Origin: a virus
Length of the DNA stretch: 64,000 nucleotides
Virus record (IMG/VR): IMGVR_UViG_3300010965_000427
Span: 1-64,000 of that record
Direction: 5' to 3' (one strand)
Made by a program: the position numbers and the translations under genes. Positions 40,157 to 49,764 of this stretch are shown in pieces. Numbering within the stretch: the stretch's first letter is position 1; the number at the start of each line of letters is the position of its first letter. Under the pieces are notes generated by a model. It did not search any database. It was not told the origin of the DNA and saw nothing but the letters and a program-made list of their open reading frames with translations.

Positions 40157-41191
40157 ATGTCAGAATTATTTATTGGCCATTGCGAGCCAACTGCTTTCAA
40201 TAGCACGTTAGCATTCTTAGTCGCCGGAAACTGCATTGTAAATTGGGGCGACGGAGTTACTGAGACTTTCAAAGCAAATACGCTTGCCTATCACGTTTAC
40301 TCTAAATATCAGCCAATAACTGCGCTAATAACTCCGCGGCCTGGTTCTCATTTAACTATTTTAGAATTTAATGCCGAGTATGGCTGCAATGTCTATTTTA
40401 CTAATATAAATGCGCAGTGCGAACATCTAGCGGTATTAAATTTTAATCCTAGTCAGCTAGCTTCTATTTCAATAGGAAAAAATAAAATTAAAGATTTCTC
40501 TGGGATGTTTTATAACTGCTCCAAAGCCGTGAATTTTTTAGAACTATTTGTGTCTGAAGGAATTAACTTTTCTGGAACATTTAGCAATTGTTGTAAAATT
40601 ACCAGTCTCCCACTGCTGGATACTTCCAAGGGAACAAACTTTCAAGGAATGTTTAACGGCTGCTCTGAGATCGCCAATTTCCCAAAAATAAACACTTCAA
40701 AAGGAAAAAATTTTAGAGGAATGTTTAACGGTTGTTCCAAAGCAAAAAGCTTTCCAGAATTAGATACTTCAGTTGGAATGGATTTTAGCTGGATGTTTGG
40801 TAATTGTTCTGGAGCTACCGGTTTTCCAAAGTTAAACACTTCTAATGGAACAAACTTTCAAGGAATGTTTGTAGGCTGTTCTGGGGCCACTAGCTTTCCA
40901 GATTTAAATACTTCTGCTGGCATTTATTTTAAAGGAATGTTTGACGGCTGTTGTAAAGCTGTGGGTTTCCCAGAGTTAAATACTTCAAAAGGAATTGACT
41001 TTACATGGATGTTTGCAGGCTGTTCTGAAGCCACCAGCTTTCCAGATTTAAATACTTCTGCTGGCATTTATTTTAAAGGAATGTTTGGAGGCTGTTTTAG
41101 GGCCGTTAATTTTCCAGAACTAGATATTTCAAAAGGAAAAGACTTTAGAAAAATGTTTTATAACTGTAATATAAAAAAAAGTAAAAAATAA
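40157..41191 (+). CDS. PKD-like domain + ~10 x 24-aa DUF285/BspA-type repeats
   Basis: MSELFIG...CIVNWGDG; repeat units; start reassigned by paralog alignment. Confidence 0.85.
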   Translation: MSELFIGHCEPTAFNSTLAFLVAGNCIVNWGDGVTETFKANTLAYHVYSKYQPITALITPRPGSHLTILEFNAEYGCNVYFTNINAQCEHLAVLNFNPSQLASISIGKNKIKDFSGMFYNCSKAVNFLELFVSEGINFSGTFSNCCKITSLPLLDTSKGTNFQGMFNGCSEIANFPKINTSKGKNFRGMFNGCSKAKSFPELDTSVGMDFSWMFGNCSGATGFPKLNTSNGTNFQGMFVGCSGATSFPDLNTSAGIYFKGMFDGCCKAVGFPELNTSKGIDFTWMFAGCSEATSFPDLNTSAGIYFKGMFGGCFRAVNFPELDISKGKDFRKMFYNCNIKKSKK

Positions 41192-41281
41192 TAGAGCCTA
41201 ATTTATATGGGAAACTTACCATAGGTTATTTTACCTATGGTAAGAACGAAACTTTTTTAACCCAACGCCGGATATTTTTTT

Positions 41282-42418
41282 ATGAAAAATTACCTCTCTC
41301 TGCTAAATAGCATAGTGTACGACGGAGATACACACGAAGACAGGACAGGCGTAGGACGAAGAAGCCTATTTTCTGCCGAGCTACGATATAATCTTGCGGA
41401 TGGATTTCCACTAGTAACAACTAGAAAAATTCCTATACGTCCTTTTATAGGCGAAATACTTTGGCATTTAACCGGCAGTAAAGACATACGCTTTCTTAAT
41501 GAAAATAAAATAAAAATTTGGGATGAATGGGCAGTTAATAAAAATCATATAAAAGACTTTATTGAAAATGTAATATTAAAAAAATTAATTACAAAAGAAG
41601 AACCAGAATCCGAGTCATTATCACAAATGATGAATATTCAGGCAATGCCGTTTTATGAGCATTTTGGAAATTCAATAGGACCTATATACGGTCCTAATTG
41701 GAGAGCTGCTCCTGGATCTGAATATAATCCCTTTAGAAAAGTCACTCCGCACGAAGACATCGAGAAAAAACGTTTACTAAATTTAAGAGCTGAATACATA
41801 AATTATTTAAAATTTATTAAAAATGATAAAAACAATGCTAGTCCATTAACAGAAGAGGAATTTATCGAACAAAACGTGCAATCAAATATAGACCAAGTGC
41901 AAAATTTATTAAATGGTTTAAAAAAACGTCCATGGTCTTCCAGGCACGTAATTTCATCATGGGTGCCAGAATGCATTCCGGATGAAGAATTGCCTCCTCA
42001 GTATAACGTTATTTTAGGAAAAGGGGCACTGGCTCCTTGTCCAATGACCCAACAATACTTTGTAACTCCTCCAAAAACTCCAAAAGATCTTCCCAGACTT
42101 TCCTTAAAAGTAACTAGCAGGTCGTGCGATTTTGTTCTTGGGGGACCTACCAATATAGCGGAATATTCGTTGTTAGTAAGTATGATTGCTCAAATAGTGA
42201 ATATGGAGCCTTATGAATTTATTTTTTCAATGGGCGATGTGCATATATACACTAATCAAATAGAAACGGCAAAGAAACAGTTAGATAGAGACCCAAAACC
42301 TTTGCCAAAATTAGTATTAAATAAAAATATTATAGACCTCTTTGATTTTACATTTGGCGATATTTCTATTGACGATTATAAATATCATCCGGTATTAAAG
42401 TATCCTATTTCTGTATAA
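41282..42418 (+). CDS. thyA: thymidylate synthase
   Basis: DRTGVG, FPLVTT, IWDEWA, GPIYG, ALAPC, RSCD, NIAEY, GDVHIY. Confidence 0.93.
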   Translation: MKNYLSLLNSIVYDGDTHEDRTGVGRRSLFSAELRYNLADGFPLVTTRKIPIRPFIGEILWHLTGSKDIRFLNENKIKIWDEWAVNKNHIKDFIENVILKKLITKEEPESESLSQMMNIQAMPFYEHFGNSIGPIYGPNWRAAPGSEYNPFRKVTPHEDIEKKRLLNLRAEYINYLKFIKNDKNNASPLTEEEFIEQNVQSNIDQVQNLLNGLKKRPWSSRHVISSWVPECIPDEELPPQYNVILGKGALAPCPMTQQYFVTPPKTPKDLPRLSLKVTSRSCDFVLGGPTNIAEYSLLVSMIAQIVNMEPYEFIFSMGDVHIYTNQIETAKKQLDRDPKPLPKLVLNKNIIDLFDFTFGDISIDDYKYHPVLKYPISV

Positions 42419-42427
42419 AAATAAAAA

Positions 42428-42754
42428 ATGACTAAAAATTATAAAATTATTATAACAAGAGTCGGAACATCATTACCTTATGAATATATTGGAAGACCAA
42501 GCCCTTTAGGTAATCCTTTACCGCTTTCCGAAACCGTTAGCCGTGATTTTTCTTGCGACCAATATGAAGTTTGGTTTGCAAAACAAATTGAAGATAATAA
42601 CGAAATAGTAATAAACGAATTAAAACGATTGCACAAAATAGGAATGAAACAAGGAATTCTTCGCCTTGGCTGTTATTGCTCTCCGAAAAGATGTCACGGA
42701 GATACTATTAAAAAGTATTTAGATGATAATAAAAGTGTATTTGAAATGTTTTAA
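42428..42754 (+). CDS. DUF4326-family protein
   Basis: YIGRPSPLGNP...LGCYCSPKRCHGD signature. Confidence 0.8.
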   Translation: MTKNYKIIITRVGTSLPYEYIGRPSPLGNPLPLSETVSRDFSCDQYEVWFAKQIEDNNEIVINELKRLHKIGMKQGILRLGCYCSPKRCHGDTIKKYLDDNKSVFEMF

Positions 42755-42779
42755 ATGGCCTTTAACAGAGAAAAACATT

Positions 42780-43355
42780 ATGAAAATTCCTACGTTGTTG
42801 CTTCCGTTAGAACCAAAAGTAATTACTCCATTAAAGTCTATAGCAAAAACAGAAGCAAATGTTGATGGATGTTATATAGTTCCGGTAGGAGGTCTAAATG
42901 TAAAAGGAGCTTCAAATAAATGGTATAAATTAAAAAAATCGTTTCATTTGTTTGATAAAAATGAACAATTTATGAGAAATGTATTTATTGGAAAAGTCTT
43001 TTCAGAAATGGATGGGCCAAGCCTAGATAAAAAAGAAGATTTTAGTAAACAAGCCGAAAGACTTGTTCTAATGGAACCAAATAATGTATGCGGGATGATA
43101 AAGGATGTGTCTTTAGTAGATATTCAAGGAAGCGTAATAGAAAACGAAGATTATGAATGCCCTGTAAGCATAATGGCATCTATTAAGCCGATTGGGCCTC
43201 ATGCAAAAATATTAGAAAATGCCATTCAACACGAGACATCAATTAATTACGGATTTGCTTTAAGAGGAATTATGCTTGTAGATTCCATTTCAAATGGAGA
43301 CAATTTAAGTATTGATATTTGTTCTGTTATAACATTTGATTTAGTGCGATGTTAA
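42780..43355 (+). CDS. head-maturation protease (phiKZ gp175/S80)-like paralog, probably inactive
   Basis: Y.V.VGGLN, FMR...G.v.sE, KPIGP, FALRG, ITFD match the family scaffold; catalytic-motif His/Ser appear substituted. Confidence 0.55.
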   Translation: MKIPTLLLPLEPKVITPLKSIAKTEANVDGCYIVPVGGLNVKGASNKWYKLKKSFHLFDKNEQFMRNVFIGKVFSEMDGPSLDKKEDFSKQAERLVLMEPNNVCGMIKDVSLVDIQGSVIENEDYECPVSIMASIKPIGPHAKILENAIQHETSINYGFALRGIMLVDSISNGDNLSIDICSVITFDLVRC

Positions 43356-43361
43356 TGGGCC

Positions 43362-43721
43362 ATGATTAATTTAAGGCAGACAATTATTGTTCAATGGGCT
43401 ATATCGAAACTTTCCAAATTAGGTATTTTTAATAGTTATAAAGATGTAAATAATTTTGATGATTATAAAACTAGAAAAACCAATAAACCAGTTTCTTTAT
43501 GCCCTGTTTTATTTTTTAAGACTAATCAAGACTCTGGTTTTTTTGAAGTTGAGCGAGTTTCCCATACAAAACGTAACCGTGTGGTATATTATGTAAGGCA
43601 TGTTAAAAGTAAACGACTGTTTACTATTCAAAAAGAATGGTTTGAATTAATATTCACAGAAGCAAAAATTGAAAAAACTCCTATTGAATTTATGAACCAA
43701 TTAAACGCTTTTAAAAAATAA
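43362..43721 (+). CDS. hypothetical protein
   Basis: 119-aa ORF in operon. Confidence 0.6.
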   Translation: MINLRQTIIVQWAISKLSKLGIFNSYKDVNNFDDYKTRKTNKPVSLCPVLFFKTNQDSGFFEVERVSHTKRNRVVYYVRHVKSKRLFTIQKEWFELIFTEAKIEKTPIEFMNQLNAFKK

Positions 43722-44239
43722 TGAAGTCTCATGAATTTACTGATTTGACATTAATAGAAATGCCGAAGGACTGTCCAGACCCAAAGTTTCCAATTTACGT
43801 CACTACTGATAAATGGGTGCTTTGTTTTGGAGGAAGTTTAGCTACTAAAATTAATAATAAACTTTCTATAGTTTTACATAAATGTGTACATGAAAATAAT
43901 TCTTGGTTTAATGTAGCATTAACTCATGAATTAGGGCATCTTTTATCAAACCATAATTTGGTAGAAACTAATCCTAAAATATTTAATTTTAAAGAGGAAT
44001 TTCAGGCCGATTTATGTTCATTCTTATTTGTAGTTTTAATATCCAAATCTAAAATCTCGGCTAAGATTTTAATAATTAAATATCTTTCAATTGGGCATTA
44101 TATTTCATTTTTAAATATTTATAATGTTTTAAGAAAAAAAAATAACGTATTAATTTGCAGTCTTATAATGATGAAACTATTGACGTTATATATTGTATCA
44201 ATTGTAGCAAGAGCAATAAATATTATTAAAGCTAAATGA
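43721..44239 (+). CDS. HExxH zinc metallopeptidase-like membrane protein
   Basis: LTHELGHLLSNH...EEFQAD; hydrophobic C-terminus. Confidence 0.6.
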   Translation: MKSHEFTDLTLIEMPKDCPDPKFPIYVTTDKWVLCFGGSLATKINNKLSIVLHKCVHENNSWFNVALTHELGHLLSNHNLVETNPKIFNFKEEFQADLCSFLFVVLISKSKISAKILIIKYLSIGHYISFLNIYNVLRKKNNVLICSLIMMKLLTLYIVSIVARAINIIKAK

Positions 44240-44249
44240 TTAATTGTCT

Positions 44250-44299
44250 TTACTCAGCTTAGCCTGCGCTAAGCTGAGTAAAAACATCTGATTTTTTTT
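44250..44299. terminator. bidirectional terminator
   Basis: TTACTCAGCTTAGC...GCTAAGCTGAGTAA between convergent genes. Confidence 0.7.
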
Positions 44300-44319
44300 A
44301 AAACTATAATTACATCTCT

Positions 44320-45849
44320 TTAAATGAATGAAAATAACTCTGAACTTGTTCCTGCTAATTTAGTAGGTAATTTTGAAAACCCGCTATCCTCTTGGTCAAC
44401 GTCGTCTGGTATTGGCATTTTTCCAGGAAATTTTAATAGAAAATATTTATCAACATTAGGAAGTATTGTTGGTAGTCTGTGTTTTCCTCTTTGCACAGAC
44501 AAATATGTTTCGTCTTTTACTTTAACTAAATGAATGTGCATCTCTAAATCTATTTCTTGGCACAGTTGTTTAGAACCAGCCCAGTATCCTTTCTCAGCTA
44601 CTTCTTTAACAAATTGATCTTGCGGCATTCCGTTTCTTACTAAAGTTTTAGTGTCAGTTGATAATTGATGCGGTGTAATTAGTGTGATCTTTTTAGGCCC
44701 GCAAAATACACGCAGTCTTCTGAACATCTCTCTTAGATCTGTTCCTATTGGACCGCTAGAAGCACACCCAGTCGTGGGAACCATTCCAAGGTAATCCAAC
44801 ATAAGCAACTGAACTTCGTAACCATTAGCTTCCAACTCAATTATTTTATTACAAATATTTTTATAAGACCAAGCAAAAGGATCTACCCTCATCATCTTAA
44901 TATGAAAACCGTTAACTTGCAGTCTTCTTTTAATATATTCGCTCATTGTTTGAACGCTAATTCCTGTCAAATCAATTTCTTCTTTAGTTTCCTCAAAATA
45001 AAGTAGTTGATATAGAAACTGTAGATTTTCAGCCAAATCGTCTTCAAAAGAAATACGAAGTAAAAGAGGTTTTTTTGTTATATCAAATAAATACGGATTG
45101 TTATGTAGTGCGATTTGTTTAAAAATAGACAAAGTAAAGCCTGTTTTATAATTATGCTGCTGAGCGCCAATTGTGCAAAACTCTCCTCTTCTAAAACCTC
45201 CTTGAAGCATTCTGTTTAATCTTTGCCACCCAGTGGACAAAATGCCGTGGCCATTTGCATTATCTCTAATAGTTTTAAAAACAGCTTGCGTTTGGCCTTC
45301 GTCGCCGATATCTACGTCTGATATAACACCGGTATCTTTTGTTGTGGCTGTATTTTGCAAAGGTTCTAATTGACCAATAACTTCGCTTATAAATAATCCA
45401 ATATCTTTTATCGAATCTCTATTTACCCTAAATCTATAGGAAGCTTTATTTAATATTTCACTTATTTTTTCTTCTTTAAAATGAGTGGTAATTGATCGTC
45501 TTAAATTAATAATTGTTCTTTTTAGTTGAGCTTCCGTAAGAATTGGCTCGACGCCTTGGCGTATTGCTTCTAGTAATTTATTATCTTCATCTACATTTAC
45601 TTGAATTTGTTGTAAAAAGCCGCTAATATCATATTCATAGTCAATTGGATTATTACACATATCCATGACAGTTTGTTTTAATGCTAACAGTCTTTCTCTG
45701 TCTGTATGTAAACCTATTCCTATATCAGATATTTTAACAGAATCCATTGCAGTGCGAACTAAGTCCACACTATTTTCGGTATGCTGGTCTAGTTGGCTTT
45801 CCCGATACAGCAGAGAGATACTTTTCACTAGTAAAAGATTTGGCTTCAT
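44320..45849 (-). CDS. DnaB-like replicative helicase (phiKZ gp118-like)
   Basis: TGWQRLNRMLQGGFRRGE, variant Walker A GAQQHNYKT, DYL, TPHQLS, RGKHR. Confidence 0.88.
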   Translation of the reverse strand: MKPNLLLVKSISLLYRESQLDQHTENSVDLVRTAMDSVKISDIGIGLHTDRERLLALKQTVMDMCNNPIDYEYDISGFLQQIQVNVDEDNKLLEAIRQGVEPILTEAQLKRTIINLRRSITTHFKEEKISEILNKASYRFRVNRDSIKDIGLFISEVIGQLEPLQNTATTKDTGVISDVDIGDEGQTQAVFKTIRDNANGHGILSTGWQRLNRMLQGGFRRGEFCTIGAQQHNYKTGFTLSIFKQIALHNNPYLFDITKKPLLLRISFEDDLAENLQFLYQLLYFEETKEEIDLTGISVQTMSEYIKRRLQVNGFHIKMMRVDPFAWSYKNICNKIIELEANGYEVQLLMLDYLGMVPTTGCASSGPIGTDLREMFRRLRVFCGPKKITLITPHQLSTDTKTLVRNGMPQDQFVKEVAEKGYWAGSKQLCQEIDLEMHIHLVKVKDETYLSVQRGKHRLPTILPNVDKYFLLKFPGKMPIPDDVDQEDSGFSKLPTKLAGTSSELFSFI

Positions 45850-45996
45850 TTTTTTCTTTTCTTAAATTAATTAGGTCATTGTTTTCCATAGTATCGTAGT
45901 CTACTTTTTTTCTTAAATAGCTGCAATTAAAAAGCAAATGGTATGGCAATTCTAACACGTAATAGCTAATCCGACTAAAACTGGAAATTAACTGCA

Positions 45997-46662
45997 ATGT
46001 TAAGAATTGAAGATAGCAGCCCTCTATACGTATTAGATAATGTAAATGCTCCAATTACATCAAATCAAACATATTTAAAAAAGGATGTAATCATTGTACC
46101 AGAATGGATTTTCAGATGTCTTATTAGAAATAAACTAAATTATATGGACTTATTCGATTATAGTCGTTTATCGGCTGTTTTAGCTACTTCTGATATTTTA
46201 GAATTAGTGGCTACAAATATACTGCTAACCAAACTCTTATTTTCCACTTTGCCTTTTGCTAATAATAAAAACAATATTGACTTAATTGAGCCTCCGATGA
46301 GTTTGGCACTAGTTGAGGAATGGCAACAAAGTTTTTCTTTTCAAAAATCTGGGCTAGGTTCTATTATATACAATTACGATTATTTAAAATCTTATGAAAA
46401 CTCAATTAAAACAAAATTAACTTCTGAAAAAATAGAAAATTTTTCTTTAGAAACAGATTTAAAATCGTGTTATTCAATACACACTGGTCCTGACAAAACA
46501 GTTTTTATGCTAGTAAAACCAGGAATTATTGAAAGACATCAAAATATAGATTTTTTAAAAATACTATGCGAATCGCTATTAACTGAATTTTATCGTTTAT
46601 ATCCAATGCATGTGTGCTCAACTGTTAATAATATTTTTTCTAAGTACGTTAGTCTGCTTTAA
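45997..46662 (+). CDS. conserved protein between DnaB and capsid (gp119-like by position)
   Basis: 221-aa ORF; synteny. Confidence 0.5.
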   Translation: MLRIEDSSPLYVLDNVNAPITSNQTYLKKDVIIVPEWIFRCLIRNKLNYMDLFDYSRLSAVLATSDILELVATNILLTKLLFSTLPFANNKNNIDLIEPPMSLALVEEWQQSFSFQKSGLGSIIYNYDYLKSYENSIKTKLTSEKIENFSLETDLKSCYSIHTGPDKTVFMLVKPGIIERHQNIDFLKILCESLLTEFYRLYPMHVCSTVNNIFSKYVSLL

Positions 46663-46701
46663 AAAAAGCATCTTTTCTACGTTTGACACCAGGGCCTAAA
46701 A

Positions 46702-48918
46702 ATGAACACAATATTCACAAAAAATTCCCGTCGCAGCCTGGCCCCTTCGCCGACCGACAAGAACGTGGAGCTCTATAGCTCCGTGGTAAACGGAAACAAT
46801 TCCTTCGGGAGTTCAAAGTTGACGCGTGTAGCGTTAGCAATGGAAGGCATGAATGACAGCGATTACGGCCTGCTAACCAGTTCGGCTTCCGAGCTTTCTA
46901 TCGCGATTGAGTCGTGTATTGAACAACTCGGTTTAACAAAGTGCACCATTCAGCCCCAAATCGACGCCGCCGTAGTAGCCGGCATGATCGCAGGTGATCC
47001 GCAAGCATTTTTCAGATTCGAGCCTAAGCCGCTTGGCGTGGCGACAGAATCCATGGCCATCATGGCCCAAACGGCATTTGATGCCGTTGAACGGCGAATG
47101 ATTTCGACGGAAGCGTACGACGAACGGGACAACAAAAACACAGTTGTCTATTCGATTGAATACAATATGCAATCCGCCCGCCAAGACGAATTTGGCGAAG
47201 CCTGGTTCCCGACGATTGTCATTACGCCGGACCAAGTCGGGTTCGACGTAACTGTCCGAATTCTGTCCGTGATGAACGATTTCAAGCGAAGCATCACCGG
47301 CGAAATTGATAACTTTGACCGTAAAAATCTCATTCGAGCGATTGCCGACCCCACCATTCTGAAGAACGACGGCACACGAGTAATACCAGTTGCTCGCGCT
47401 CAGGCCGCCTCGAAGTTCGTCAGGCCGACCATTATTCCAGTTCGAACAATTTTACACGAAGGCGAATCGATTGTCACAGCTCCTTTGGCATTCGGCCAAA
47501 CATTCAGCCTGCTTGGCATTTCCCAGACCGACACGCTTCTGGCAAATGGCGCAATGGACCTCACCGACACACTCGATACCGGGTCGGTGCTGGAAAACAT
47601 CTATGTTCGAGTTGGCGGGGTCGTTGGCGGCCCCACCCCGCGAATTGGTGATGTTTTAAAATTCAATGTGACCAATCTTCCGTTAAGCAATTTTACAAAT
47701 GCAATTCAAGGCAGCTATCGTTTGATGCTGCTGAATTTCCAAACAAGCAGTATGCTGATAAATAAGAATACAAAAAATAACGACGGCAGCGCATTGATCG
47801 ACCTTATTTCCGTTGTCACCAACGACCTGATTGTCCGGCTGGCTATCAATGTCACCGGGTCTATCAACATCGAGACTGCGGAAACGGTTCTGTATGGCAA
47901 TCCAATTAGCGTGGCGTCCGTCCAAAATGCTGCTGGAGAGCTTCTGGACTTAACCCAAGAACCGGCAGCATCACTGGTTTCTTTATTCGCGAACGGCGAG
48001 CCCATCGGTTATGACCTGAAGGCTTATCGCACCAACATGAACCGTCGTCAGCGCGGCCAGCTGATCAATACGACGCAATACACTCAGCGCTACCCGGTGA
48101 CTCTGCGCAGCCCGATTACGGCAATTCATCCTGTCAACACAGACGGCCAAACCGATACATCGGATCTGGCAAGCCTGATAACCGCCACTCGGATTCGGAC
48201 GTCAAATGCAAGCGTTGGTGCGTTGATCGCTCAAGCGACCGCCCTGGGCGAATATGTTGACGCACGAGATTCGGCCGGCGTCGGCCCGGATGTCATAGGC
48301 GTCGGCCGGTTCTATGTGAAGCCTACGTTCTTCTATGAATCCGTAGACGTTCTGGCTCAAATCAATTCGGTAAAGACTTCTGAAAGAATTGCAGACATCC
48401 AGGCTGTTTTGGTAAACAAGCTTCGAGACTATGCCTACAAGATGTATCGCGATTCCGAGTACAAGGCAGCGGCAGACGCCTTGGCCGGCGGCCTTGCTCC
48501 TACGCCGGTTGTGCTGATCGGAACCGACCCAATCATTGCTCGTTATTTGTGCGTCTCCGGCGATCTGCGAACTCTCGGGGCCTCTGAGTTTGACGTGCGA
48601 ATCGTCCATACTCTGGATAACCGTGTAAAGGGAAAGATATTTATTTCATTTAGTGTCTTCGATGAGACACGAAATACCACCATTAATCCTTTGAATTTTG
48701 GCAATATGGCGTGGTCTCCTGAAATCACGGTTGTTCTGCCTATTTCCCGCGATGGCCAAATTTCTCGAGAACTGGCTGTCCAGCCACGTTTCTCCCACGT
48801 AGTCAATCTCCCGGTGATGACAGTCCTTTCCGTCGTCGGTATTTCCGATACGCTGGACAAGATCCCGCTCACAATCGCCACGTCAATCGTTGCTCCGATA
48901 CATACTGTTACACCATAG
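46702..48918 (+). CDS. major capsid protein (phiKZ gp120-like)
   Basis: 738 aa; propeptide with AME/ATE/STE sites; ARQDEFGEAWFPT and RTNMNRRQRG motifs; GC-shifted codons. Confidence 0.9.
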   Translation: MNTIFTKNSRRSLAPSPTDKNVELYSSVVNGNNSFGSSKLTRVALAMEGMNDSDYGLLTSSASELSIAIESCIEQLGLTKCTIQPQIDAAVVAGMIAGDPQAFFRFEPKPLGVATESMAIMAQTAFDAVERRMISTEAYDERDNKNTVVYSIEYNMQSARQDEFGEAWFPTIVITPDQVGFDVTVRILSVMNDFKRSITGEIDNFDRKNLIRAIADPTILKNDGTRVIPVARAQAASKFVRPTIIPVRTILHEGESIVTAPLAFGQTFSLLGISQTDTLLANGAMDLTDTLDTGSVLENIYVRVGGVVGGPTPRIGDVLKFNVTNLPLSNFTNAIQGSYRLMLLNFQTSSMLINKNTKNNDGSALIDLISVVTNDLIVRLAINVTGSINIETAETVLYGNPISVASVQNAAGELLDLTQEPAASLVSLFANGEPIGYDLKAYRTNMNRRQRGQLINTTQYTQRYPVTLRSPITAIHPVNTDGQTDTSDLASLITATRIRTSNASVGALIAQATALGEYVDARDSAGVGPDVIGVGRFYVKPTFFYESVDVLAQINSVKTSERIADIQAVLVNKLRDYAYKMYRDSEYKAAADALAGGLAPTPVVLIGTDPIIARYLCVSGDLRTLGASEFDVRIVHTLDNRVKGKIFISFSVFDETRNTTINPLNFGNMAWSPEITVVLPISRDGQISRELAVQPRFSHVVNLPVMTVLSVVGISDTLDKIPLTIATSIVAPIHTVTP

Positions 48919-48950
48919 ACCTCTCACTACTGAATCTGTAGGTTAGGTCT

Positions 48951-49008
48951 CCTCCCGCCAGACCAGTTTAGGCTGGTCTGGCGGGAGGCGTATTTTTTTT
49001 TGTTTTTT
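48951..49008 (+). terminator. intrinsic terminator of capsid gene
   Basis: CCTCCCGCCAGACCAG...CTGGTCTGGCGGGAGG + T-run. Confidence 0.85.
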
Positions 49009-49035
49009 TACAATAAAATTAAATAAAGCCTATAT

Positions 49036-49064
49036 AAAAAAATAGTCGCATATACTTCATATGC
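49036..49064 (+). promoter_or_regulatory. phage promoter motif
   Basis: AAAAAATAGTCGCATATACTTCATATG; followed by a different hairpin (TTTGGTTTA/TAAACCAAA). Confidence 0.65.
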
Positions 49065-49118
49065 TGTTTGGTTTAGTTTGTAAACCAAATTACAAATAAC
49101 AAATAAAGGTAAAAACCA

Positions 49119-49682
49119 ATGACTTTTAATGCTATTAACGAAGACTCTTCCAGTTGGGAAATTATTGCTGAAATTTCCACTGGAACAGCTTTATCTTTTT
49201 TAAAAAACGAAACCCAACTAGAAGCTCCATTTGGAGTTTCTAAAGAAAAATTGAATGAGTCTATATTAGAAGAAAAATGGAAAAATAATCACAGAATTTA
49301 TATGAGATGCGACGCTATTGCAAATACATCCTTTCAAATAAGTATGTTAAAAACCCAATTAGCAATATATCTATGCAAAAAAAGTAAAGATAAATTAATA
49401 GTAGAAAGGCCGTTTATTTTAATTGAAGGTTTGGTTTATTTTGGAGAAGCCAGACTTAGAGGATCAGATGGTTTTGAGTTATTGCTGGCATTTCCGGAAG
49501 GTTATTTTTCATGCAAAGAACCTCCAGGGCAAAGAAAATATAGTATGCTCGGCTATGCTTCTGGAGTAATGGGCCAAGGATTAAAATTTAACCCATTGCT
49601 TAAATTGTGTGAAGAATGGGAATTCCTTGCCGACGATCAACCGATTGCATCAATGCCAGATAGACCGGTAATCTTGCTATAA
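49119..49682 (+). CDS. hypothetical protein; C-half paralogous to 51656 ORF
   Basis: LVYFG...LAFPEGYF...GVMGQGLKFNPLLKLCEEWEFL. Confidence 0.65.
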   Translation: MTFNAINEDSSSWEIIAEISTGTALSFLKNETQLEAPFGVSKEKLNESILEEKWKNNHRIYMRCDAIANTSFQISMLKTQLAIYLCKKSKDKLIVERPFILIEGLVYFGEARLRGSDGFELLLAFPEGYFSCKEPPGQRKYSMLGYASGVMGQGLKFNPLLKLCEEWEFLADDQPIASMPDRPVILL

Positions 49683-49764
49683 ATTCATGTGGTTGCGTGG
49701 TTATAAAGCTAAGTTGTTATTTGTAACCACGTAATCGCATGAATCAAAAAGAGATCTGCAAAAA

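Noticed and set aside
20782-41191. Diversity-generating retroelement acting on the repeat proteins
   Set aside because: No reverse transcriptase or non-coding template repeat in the window, and repeat differences are not confined to adenines; an RT elsewhere in the genome cannot be excluded
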